From Lama glama (Eukaryota), in contig CM052816.1 in assembly GCA_028534125.1 (NCBI GenBank), forward strand, positions 65,970,001 through 66,034,000: DNA of 64,000 nt, in the 5' to 3' direction. Positions 25,971 to 37,050 of this stretch are shown here, one piece after another. Position numbers and translations under genes: made by a program. Position 1 is the stretch's first letter; each line of letters begins with the position of its first letter. The notes beneath the pieces are model-generated. The model was not told the origin of the DNA and searched no databases. It saw only the letters and a program-made list of their open reading frames with translations.

Positions 25971-27035
25971 ATTACCCAGAGGGCAGAATCAACATGGTCT
26001 TGAAAAAGTGGCAGAACTGCTGATCTGTCAGTGCAAAAAGCAACACACCCACCTCCTAGAAGTGCAAAAGTAGTGAAGGTAAGAGACTAGATAGATGGTA
26101 AACAAGAGTGAGGATTTCTTTCTGTAACAAATTTTAGAAAAGGCAACTAAGCTGAAAGGGCTTCAGCTTTCCTTTCAGCAAGTGGTTACTCTGGGGATGG
26201 GACATCCGTGAGAGGAATACCAACAGCATCGTGAGAAACACATGCCTTGAATAGTGATGCTTCTGATGCTGTTGTTCTCAAATCAGAAACATTAGCCGCT
26301 TTCAGGGACAAAAGTGAAGTGACATGTGTCCCCAGTGTTTGGCTTCCCTCTTGCCATGGACACTGTAAACAGTGAGCTTCCCCAGGGACTTCTTAAACTT
26401 TGGTGGAGTTGATAAGGGTGATCACGTGCACACAGCACAGCACCTGCCACTGGGGATAATTTAGGTCTCCTACTGTTAGCTGCTTCCTCTAGGGCATCCT
26501 GGGTCATATGGACAGTGTCAGAAGAAGCATGTAAATTATTGATTATCCCTAGTAGTTCCTAAGGGTTGGTGTGTTTTGCTTTGAAAGTTTTCCCCTAAAA
26601 TGCCCCAGTTGTTAACTCACTTAATTTCATAGCTATCAGTTCACTTTTTCTGATGAATACTGGCTTATTCCTTCCCTTCCATATCATGGAGTTTTTCCTC
26701 ACCTTGAAAACCTCTCTGGATTGATTGTTCCCAGCCCTACAAATAACTTGTTTTTCCCTCATATCCGAATTCCTTCCCTCCCAGTTCTTTCACAATAGCT
26801 TCTTTTCTCCTGCAAAACTGTACACAGACTCCAGAAAACCCCCACTTTTAGATCCTAATCCAAAAGGTCACAGCACCAAAGCAAACATCAAAATCCTTGC
26901 ACCAGAGGATAGAAGTGCAACTCTCAGCTATGGAAAATTGTGTGGACCTTTGGCATTTGCACAAAGATACAGGAAGCAGCAATGTAGGCAAGAAAGAATG
27001 TCAGTTTCTCCTATGCGTTTAGTTAATGCAAAGGC

Positions 27036-27149
27036 TAGGGAGACCAGTGGTTCCAGATCGCGTGAGACTGAAGAGCTTCCTGGCATGTGGGACTTTCAGT
27101 GCTAAAACTAGGAAAGTCCTGGGCAAATTGGGACGAGTTAATTCCCCTA
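27036..27149. mobile_element. MER81-like hAT-Blackjack MITE
   Basis: 114 bp; termini TAGGGAGACCA ... TTCCCCTA; internal 'gggactttcagtgctaaaactaggaaagtcctgggcaaattgggacgagtt'. Confidence 0.8.
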
Positions 27150-27379
27150 CCTACCCCTTGCGGCTTCTGCTTCTCTCTCTCCCTCCTCTCTAAGTCCTAG
27201 TCCCTCTGAAAACATGCATTGATCTTCATTTCTTCCTGTTTCTAGCTGTGTGCAGATATTCGAAGACCTTGGACCAGCACATCCTTCAGGGAGAGCCCCA
27301 GTAGTATCACATGAGAGACCAAGAAAGCAAACAGATGTCCCTTGTACCAACTCTAATTGATTGGTCATGGCTATCTAGA

Positions 27380-27900
27380 GTAAAGTGTTAATAGTTTCTT
27401 GCATGTCCTTCCAGAGAGGATTACAAATACTATTCTGAACCATATTCTTTTTAACTGAACAATATATCTTGGGGCTCTTTTGTATGTGTTTATATTAATA
27501 ATGATCTACATCTTATTCTTACTACCTGATACATAGGATTTCCCTATGGATGTGCAATAATCCATTCAACCCTATTGACAGACTTGGAGAGCATTTCTAG
27601 TTTTTTACTACTTTGAATAACATTGTGAGACTCCTTCTACCTGAACATTTTTGTGTCCTTTTGTGAGTATAAATGTTTGGCAGTGAAACTGCATTTAAAA
27701 ATGTCATAGATATTGCCAAGCTGTCTTCCAAAATGATTACTTCAAGTTACAGTCCCACAATCAACAGAAGATATCATTGTATTCCCAGACCCACTGACTC
27801 TGGGATTCACAAACTAAGTATTTTGCCAATCTAATTTAATTATAAATGAGGTTGATCACATGTTTGTATGTTTATTGGTCACTTTCTTCCTCCTACTTTT
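27380..27900 (-). mobile_element. Old L1 (L1ME-like) fragment
   Basis: 'atagatattgccaagctgtcttccaaaatgattacttcaagttacagtcccac...ttttgccaatcta...gaggttgatcacatgtttgtatgtttattggtca'. Confidence 0.7.
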
Positions 27901-30339
27901 CTAAATGAAAATAAAAGATTCAGTAAATCAATTATCCTCTGGGGGGGTTGTTTGTTTTTTATCAACACATTGATGTTCTGTTAAGAAAATGAGCCTTTTT
28001 TGCAAACATTTTATTTTCTTTATTCTAATTAAACTTTGTTTAGGGTGCTTTCTTACCATTTAGTCTTTTAAAATATTTCTGTATTCAGATTCATCTTTTT
28101 CATCTGATTTCTAGATGCCTCGGTATCTTTTATCCTTATTTTCTGGCACTTGGTACAGTATCTGTTACACAGTAGATGTTTAGTAAATGTTTTCTGAATG
28201 AATAAGTGATGGATATGTGAATAAATTAATACTGTTATTTACCTCTTCTTATCCCTCCTTATGGTACATGGAGATCTGGAAAATGAATGCTGAAACCTGT
28301 ATTTCAATAGAGCATTATGGTGTGTCATCTTAGGGCAGGGAACTTGCTCAACATGTCATCCTTGTCACCTAGCACAGTGCCTGGAAGACAGAAGATATTA
28401 TCTGTATTGAATGAATGAATGAACTATCAGAATAATCAAATAAATACAAATAGGATGGATTTGATCCTCCTGTGCCAGTGGCAGGCACTTCTGGAAAATG
28501 AGCCCAGACCAGAGAGGGCCTAGAATCTCAACTTATCTTAACATTGCCAGAGTTTCAAAGTTATTTCTTTGGTTTCAAGTAAATAGACAGGAGTGATGAG
28601 AAAAAGAAAAAGGGTTATAACCATCAACCTGGGACCAGGGACCATGTTTAATTGAATTTATAATGCCTGTAACATCTCCACTAGTGTTTGAAAGGTTAAA
28701 AATTTCCTAGAGCAAACAACTATTACCACTGCTTGCCAAAGTACTCATAAAATGGCCATATTGCTAAGAACAGAAAACAAACCAAACCAAAATAAAATGA
28801 ACCAAATAGCAACAGAAATAAATGTGCCTTAGTGTAGCTGGATGATTACCAGATCTGTTCTCCACAGACCACCATCCTTCAAAGTCAGGGCGCATCCTTC
28901 AAGAGAAATGTGTCCTTGTCAGGGAATGTTCAGTGAGGTGCAGTCCCTTTGTGTGTCAGTTTCCTGGGTCGTCTGGGGTCTTAGGAAAATCCTCTTGTTA
29001 GTGCACATACATTATGTAACTCATCACAACCCAATAGCTCAACCCATGGTTTCGTAGCTATTAAAACATGCCACAAACCAAACCACCTGTGAGGTGCCAG
29101 CTCAGCAAATGTGCCTATGTGAAAAACAGTCATAAAAAGTACAGAAAATGAGGATGAAAGAAGCCCGAATAACAAACTCATATATTTGATGTCTTGAGTC
29201 ACGAGAGGGAAAGTGCTCCATGTAAGCTGAAGGAAGATGGCAGCCACAGGCCCTGGAACTGAAGCCATTCTCATGATGTGAAAGGGTCATATAATGTGGC
29301 ATGAATCAGAGTGACTACTGTGGGTCCCCTTGCTGGAGAAACTGCAATTATGGATAATTACGTGCAAGCCCTAGGAGAAATGCCAGACGTTAGAATCTAT
29401 GTTTAATGTGAAAATTGCATTTTGGGTTTTTTTGTGGAACTTCAACATATAGCAGACTCTATAAGATGTGGGCATATATCTGAAGGAAAGAAAAATGCCA
29501 GGGTTGCATTTTAACATCCTGTTACATTTTGGTTAATTTACAAAGGAACATGACTTTCTGAAGAGAAAAATCTCTCAATCTCTCTCTCCAACAAGGCAAC
29601 GCAAAGTGGTTCCAAACTTGTTGTCTTAGGTTATCATTGAAACTCTCTGGAAGGAAAAGAATGACACATTGTCCTCAGAGACTCCTTGTTCCACTGATCT
29701 GTTCAGTTATTCTTTTTTAATAAGGTGGTAATATGGAGAGAACAGGAGGGGAGAAGAAAAAGTAACTACCAGCTCATGCGTTACTGAACTTGTTACATCT
29801 TTACAAGAAACAGCTAGTTGCTAAGTTACAAAAGATATTGCTTCTGAGGTTGTATAGAACCCGCATGTCTTGGAACATTCCACTTGGGGGAGAAAGGGGG
29901 AGCAGTCTTCCTGTCCACACTGGCCAGTTTCCTATACAGAACCTTGACTCCCTTCACCCTCCAGAAGTCCCTGGGGAAGCCAGAGCCCCCACATAACTTA
30001 CAGGTAGTGGATGGTTCCTGTCAAGTTTGGGACTGTTGCCCAGACCAGGCTCTCCAGAAAGAGGATGGGGAAACAGAAGGGACGAGGCAGTGGTGGCAAT
30101 AGCCCAGACTTTACTGGGACTGCTCCAGCCAGGAAGCTGGGACGGTAGCTTGTGCCCCAGGGGTAGGTTGGGCAGAGCTGACCTGGAAAGGCCATCAAGG
30201 GGGCCCAGGGCCCTCACCTGCAGTCTACTGCAGACCTAGAATGGATCAGACCAGGTGGGTATTCAATTAATCTCCTCTAATGTCCTGATACAGTGCACTT
30301 AGTTTAGTGCTGTATCTCCTGTCACCCAAGTGCCTCATT

Positions 30340-30545
30340 TGTATCAGGTGTTGTGCTAAACACTTCAGATAAATTATCTTGTTGAATCCTTGCAACTCTA
30401 TGGAATCCATTTCACAGATGAGAAAACTGAGACCAAGAGAGGCTGAGTAACTTGCCTATGTGCACATAACTAGGAAGAGGCAGGGCTAGAATTTGAACCC
30501 AGGTATTTCTAATTGCGAATCAGTTGATCTTCTATGCCACAGTCA
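30340..30545 (-). mobile_element. MIR SINE
   Basis: 'ccatttcacagatgagaaaactgagaccaagagaggctgagtaacttgcc...gaatttgaacccagg'. Confidence 0.85.
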
Positions 30546-32188
30546 GTATCCATTGTACTGTTTCTACTAGAAAAGCATGAATTCTAGCTATGAGTAGTGG
30601 TGTGATGGGGCGTTCTCTTCTGCTTTGTGCTAATAGCAAAATATCTTCCTTTCTCTTGTGTTTCTCAGATGTGACAAGATTATCATAGATTGTGTGTATG
30701 TGTGCGTGTGTGAGACAGAGAGAGAAATTTTTGAGGTGAATTTTCCAATTCTCTAAATAATATGAAAATGGGAAAACAGTGGATAAACAGAATGTTTGAT
30801 GCCAGGGGCTTCTCAGACATACACCAATCACAAGGCTAAATTTTGGCAACTGGAATAAAGAAATCCCTGCTGTAATAGGAAGGTCTTCTTTCACTAGAAC
30901 AGTCCTGACTTGCTGCCACCGTCAAATCAGGCTGAACACGTTTAACAACATGATCATTTCTACAGTTTGTGGGGTTTGACTCACAAGGGCATTTCTCATA
31001 TATCGTCTTGAAATCGGGTTAATAATACTCCGAAACAGAGCTAAAAACAAATGCCACTTCCCATGACCAAGTGGCGATGGTAATTGTGTCGACATACCAA
31101 AAACGCCACGAAGCCCTGTCTGTGTAACAGGAAGAGCATCGGGGACTCGAAGAGAGGCTGATGCTGGTGCTGCCTTTGTTCATTACTGTATGTTTCTCTC
31201 TACTGTTTTAAGAAGCCATAGCTGAAATGTAAAATTTGGGGTGTTGTTATTTCATTGAATAAGGTCGTCCAAATAGTTTGGGGGCTTAGTGCTCTCAGTT
31301 TCAGCTCACACATGCATTGAATCATGTAAAGGTCATTTAGGTCAGTGTTTTCCAAATGACACATTTGGAATTAGATTTCTAGTGAATACGAGATCATTAT
31401 ATTTCTAGTGAATGCTACAGTAAATCAGGAATGTGGCTTGCATTCAGTTTCCCATGCACTTACTCTGAGGGCTGAGGGAAATCACTCTGTTTGTACAACT
31501 TTGACCCCTAACCCTTGGAACACTGTTAGGAAGTCTAACGAATGGAAAGAAAATTTATTCTACTTTACCTTTAAAGGGTATACCTTTGATTATTCCAGTG
31601 AACTGTGAATGAATGTATCAAACCCATTGTTATATAATGTGTATAATTGGAATTTTAAAATCTTAACTTACTTCCCTTAAAGTGAAATAAACTATGTAGT
31701 AGATTTGGGAGCCCTAAAGTGGTCTTCTAGTGGAGAAAATCATTATACAGAATTGCACATTAAAAATAATAAAGTTAAGAAATGGTATAGTTGTGGGGAG
31801 CATCACAAAAGGCAAAATATAAGGATGAGGAAATAAAGAAGGAAGAATTTGTGAATTGGAGCCACACACAATTAGGAACAAAGACATGCATCACAAAAAT
31901 CCTCATCTGTGTTCCGATGGGAAAATTCTACCAAGTCAATGGTTCCCAGACTTTAGAATTTCAAAGAAAAAAGAGGGAGATCCAGCATAGGATTATCAAC
32001 TCATCAACTCTTTTTTTTTTTTTTTGCCAAATAAAGCTATTTTCAACAGCATGACTGCCATAGACAAGAACTATGATTTCATATGAGGATATTTGTCCTA
32101 CATCCTACATACATTTAATATAAAAGAACAAGAAAGGACAAAAAGAGCAGTCATCCCTCAAAGGGGACTTTTGAAACCTTTCATTAAT

Positions 32189-32190
32189 GT

Positions 32191-32222
<32 letters not shown>
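32189..32222. repeat. (TG)n microsatellite with GCGCAC interruption
   Basis: gtgtgcgcacgtgtgtgtgtgt... Confidence 0.9.
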
Positions 32223-33849
32223 CTGTTACATTGGCCTTACTTTTTTTTTATTTCACCAAATCTCCATGGTGTTTGGGAATGACCATGATAAAGTCATTCA
32301 TGAGGATATAGAATTATTTCATATCCTCCAAAAAATAACTTCCAGTGAGGAACATAACAACTATTGAACATGATGTAACAACCCAAATTTATATGACAAA
32401 CTTTATTGACCAACTACTGGTGTACCAGATACTATAAAAGAAGTTGGGGATACGTAGGGAAGCTGTGAAGTCACAATTCCTACCTTCTGGTCTAGTAGGG
32501 CAAAGAACAAATTTTAAAAATATCTGATTGAAAAGCCTACCAAGAAGGCAAAATACAAGTTGCTGTGAGAGCTTATAGTCAAATCAGCACAAAGATGTCT
32601 CTGAAAGGACTGCCCCTGTGCCTTTTGTATACTGAAGTCATCTTCTGTATATTTTAAAAAGGTACCATGTCTAGGCAGATGGATTATACAAGGGCCATCC
32701 CTCTGGACCGGTGAGTGGGAAGATGATGGCTTGCCCGCATAGCTTGGCTAAGAGGCATCTCTGTGAAGGGCTCCAGAGGAGGGAAGGACACTATCAAATT
32801 TGCATTTTAACCTTACTTTTTACTTTGGAGGTGTTTCCATTTGCTTGAGTGAAATGGAAACAATGTCAAACATGCAAAGCTATTGATTGGGTGCAAAACT
32901 TTTATCTGTTTGGTAGGTAAGACCTAAGGATTCATTTAGAAAGAAGAGCTCTTTTTCTCCAGTGCCCCAGACAGAATTGATTGGTTTAGGGCTAAATCAC
33001 CAAGATGGATACCCTCTTCCAAATCACACACACTTCTTTTGACATTGAGGTTTCCTTGACTCACATCCAGCCTAGAATTTATTCAGATCACTTTGGTTTT
33101 GCTTATGAAATTTGGGTGAGCCACTTTAAACAAGTGTGGCTATAATTTGTTTCTGAGTTAAAATGCTGCTATTATTTTATATTACTGATTTCTGCAAAGG
33201 AGAACGAATTTAAGTTTTGATCAGTTTGGTTGTTAATGAAGCGAACTAAGTTTTGTAGTGATGTGGTCTGCAGTGAAAATACGCTTTGTGGGACTCTGTG
33301 GTTTAGCTCACAGATGGACAGCTAGGCTTCCCAAAAGCCTTGTGTTTTTAATGTGGGTTTGCCTTTAAGTTTAAGGAATTATTTAGGCTTCTTATCTCAG
33401 TGTACACAAAGCTGCTTATCGCCTAGATGAGTATTGGCACTTTGTCTCAGAGGGAGAACCAGAAACTGGCTCAGCTTACCTTTAAAGTGCTCTCACAGAC
33501 CAGTTTCAAAAAAATCCTTGAAGAATTTTTAAGAGCACAGTTAGGTTTTGTAGCTACTTGACATCCAATTGCAATCAAATGCTCAGTGCAAAATGCATTT
33601 CACTATCATTTTATAGAAATGTTGCATGCAGGCCTATGCCCAGTTATTTGGTTTGGGTAGTTTCTCACTAGAAGAATTCTTTAAAGGAATATACTCTTCC
33701 AGTTTTAGTGGTATTCCTTAGATCCAACTCTGGTCACAAGGGGGAATATACTATCTGTACGTTGCTTTCCTACTTTTTTAGTCCTTACCAACTTTGTGAT
33801 TCTTCCCCATTTATTGTTTTTTTAATCATCATTTGTATCATTATCCTTA

Positions 33850-34050
33850 ATGAAGTTTCCCCTATGTGGCAGGCTTATTAAAGCAGCATCTCTAACCTTC
33901 CAATAACACTGCACAGTAGGAATTATTATTCCTATTTTACAGGTAAAGAAACTGAGGCTCAGACAGGTTAAGACATGCCCTAAAATTTAATAGTAGCACG
34001 TGGTTAAGCCAGGCTTCCAAATCAGATCTGTCTGACTCTGAAGCTATCAT
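33850..34050 (-). mobile_element. MIR SINE
   Basis: 'attattattcctattttacaggtaaagaaactgaggctcagacaggttaag...atcagatctgtctgactctgaagc'. Confidence 0.85.
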
Positions 34051-35346
34051 CTTTCAACTCCATCCCGTCTCTTCACCTTCATTCTAGACCAGAATGTGAT
34101 ACATAGCTGTCAAAAAGACAGTGCTGAAAGGTGACTTGAAAAAGTAGACAAGCTCTTCGTGGAAAAGGTGAAATTAATATGGAGTGGGGGGCATGAAGAA
34201 GGGAACTCTGCAGATCATATGTAACAGTGAGGAAACAGTAAGCCAATGGCTTGAATTAGGGAGAAGATGAATTACATTAGGATCACAGCATCACAGTCAG
34301 GTGGCTGGAAGCAGGTAGTAAATGAGGCTAAAGGATGGCTGGGTGCAGGGGGCTCACATATTTGGAACCCAGGTAAACCTTTGCTTTCTTCCCAGACTCT
34401 ATCACTGCTTTTTTGCTTGTTTTTTGTTTTTTAAACAAACAAACAACACCCCCACCCCGATTTTCCTATACATATTATCTTGTTCCATTCTATTTGATAA
34501 TCTTTTCATTAATTGTGGAACTTACTGGAAACAAAGAGAAATTTCTTAGAACTCTATTCATCTAAAAATTTCTGAAAACACACTTCTCAAGGAATGCAGG
34601 ATTATTACTCATGTTTGTATGAAAACTGGGAACTTCCTTGGAACATGGGTTTGGGCTTTAAATAATCAGGGCCCATGTGCGGTAGTGTGGGGAGCACACC
34701 CTTTAGCAGCGAGATAGTTCGAGCCTGTCGTTCCTGCCTCTTGATAGTTGTGTGACTTTGGATGAATCACCAGTCACAGCTGGGCCTCAGGTTCCTCACA
34801 TGGAGATGGAAGGGTTAAACCAGAGGTAAGCTGATGCCCTTTAATCTTGTGACTCTTAAGTAGTTCTAGGTGGGACTGACTGTACATTTCATACGTCGTT
34901 AAATGGCTTTTTCCCAGGACAGTTGCTCCTAGTAAGTTTACTGTGGGTGGTGCCGTAATCTTTAGGAGGAACCGTCATTGGTTGGTTGGTGGATACCAAG
35001 ACCATCTTGATTTGTCTCTATCAAAGATTGGGAAGATGAAACCTACCAAGATGTGTACCATTCTGTCTTCATGTTAAATGACCTTGACTCCTTAAACATC
35101 TTGATTTGAACTGGAGACGTTTCTGAAATGTTTGGGGGTAGATTTGGGCCATCATAAACTCGACTGCAAATGAAAATTTCATCATCATCATAACAGCTTC
35201 TGCCAGACTTCTGGGTGGGAAGTGAATGATGGATTTTAGCACCTAGGCTACCTGATAACTCCATCCTTTGAGATCAGGCCTCTTAAAATGTTAAGTAATG
35301 AGAGGAAAATGTTACAGTCTCAATGATGCTGATTTCATATTCAGCT

Positions 35347-35515
35347 GTTTTTTATTGAAGTATAGTTGATTTACAATATTGTATTAGTTTCAGGTGAACA
35401 GCAAAGTGGTCCAGTTATATGTATATATATATTCTTTTTCAGATTCTGTTTTATTATAGGTTATTACAAGATATTGAATATTGTTCCTTGTGCTCTATGG
35501 TCAGTCCTCGTTGTT
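35347..35515 (-). mobile_element. L1 3' terminal fragment
   Basis: 'ttttttattgaagtatagttgatttacaatattgtattagtttcaggtg...ttataggttattacaagatattgaatat', homologous to the copy at 23.86 kb. Confidence 0.88.
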
Positions 35516-35799
35516 TGTTCAACTATTAATATTGTTATTACTATTGCTATTCGGCTATGATTGCTTCCCCTCTCCTCCCCACCTCCTATTTTTTTACTTG
35601 GTTTTAAAAAGAGGAGAAGGATACTTGCTGCAAACTGGAGAAGTGAATACAGGCTTAATTTTTGAACCTGGGCTCGGGTTCTGACCCAGAGAGTAAGCTA
35701 GGAGCACTTAACCTAGTGGGTCTTGTCCGCTGTATAGGGGGAATCATCTTAGCAAAGACTTTAGAAAAATTTCAAGACTAATCAGAAGTAGGTCGCCCA

Positions 35800-37050
35800 G
35801 CCTTGCCTTGGTGGAGGTAGGTACGCAAGCACGCCCACGTGCAGATCTCTAAAGCCAGGACACAGAGGAAGCGCTGTGACCCACTTTGTCATCTCTTCTC
35901 CTTCGGGGTCTTTGCAGGAAAGACCGCTAAGGAGCAGTCTTAACTGTCAAGCTGCCATACAGAAGAAAGGTGTCTGGCTGAGTGCAGGCCTGGCTAGGAA
36001 AGAGGAGAGAGTCCCTTTCATTTCAGAAATCCGGTCCACGTTTTACTCAGAGCCCAGGCTCCGTGAATAAGAGGAGCCTCTGAGGGCTGGTTTCTGATGT
36101 CGCACTAGGCATGATAAGAATGCCATTGACGTCAGCAGAGTCATCATCAGGGAGAATGGCACCCCAGCTCTTGAAACCACACCAAGCAATTGCAGTGCTT
36201 TTGAAAATTAAAAGCCGGTGCTTGGGGGGAGGGGGGAGGAGGGGAGGAAGGGAGAAAAGCAAAGACAGGGGAGCGGTGGCTCCAGCTGAATTCTTCTTTC
36301 TTTTGTGTGTTTCCTGTATTTTAAAGAGACAGGCACGCGGTTGCTCCTGGTACCTCACACATAAACTTGCCCACCCCGGCCCCAGAGGGCACTTTAGCCT
36401 GAATTGATGGGGGCAGAGAATGCGAGAAAGAGGGAGACAGAGAGAAAGAAAGAATTTAATTTTGTTAGCATTTCTGAGTCCAGAGAAAACAAACCGTGCC
36501 ACCCAGGTGCTGGACAGAGGCCCTGAACCACGAGAAAATACAAGCCTCTGAGAAGGAAATTTTGAGCTAAAACTGGTCTGCTTGAAATGTGTGTTGATGA
36601 ATACATTACAAAGGGGGAGTTAAACACTTCAAAAGAGCTACTACAAAGCCACCTCCCTCCACCCCCTCCCGCCCCCAGCCTCACTGTGGATTCCTGAGTG
36701 TTTGTGTGTCTGCCTGAGAAAATGACAAAATTGTGGGTTTGCAAAGGGAACACTGCGGGCAGGTTGTGATTTCAGCTTTCAGAGGCCACTCCAAGAACAT
36801 CACCTCCAGCTGTAATTCAAAGGGTCCCTCGGCTGGAAAATGTCTTGGAGGTTAGGGAGTGTTTGAAAACAATTCTTTCGTGTGAATCGTCCCCGTTTTC
36901 AAATTCCACAATTAATGTAACCCAGTTGTTCTGCCAGCTCCATCCTGACTCCAGCCCCCCGCCACCCCCGCAATATTAAAACTCCACAGAATAGACTTGA
37001 TGCTATCAGAGCAATGCGAGCTTTATTTTACAGCATTGATTGGCAGCTTC
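35800..37050. promoter_or_regulatory. Candidate strong enhancer or alternative promoter
   Basis: Repeat-free and relatively GC/CpG-rich; CACGTG 35836-35841, GATA about 36111, full CRE TGACGTCA 36127-36134, RUNX AAACCACA 36174-36181, G-runs 36223-36252, GC-box-like CCCCTCCCGCCCCC about 36662-36676. Confidence 0.5.

Noticed and set aside
36331..36341. AGGCACGCGGT, a partial match to miR-124
   Set aside because: Match ends after 11 nt and no precursor hairpin is evident
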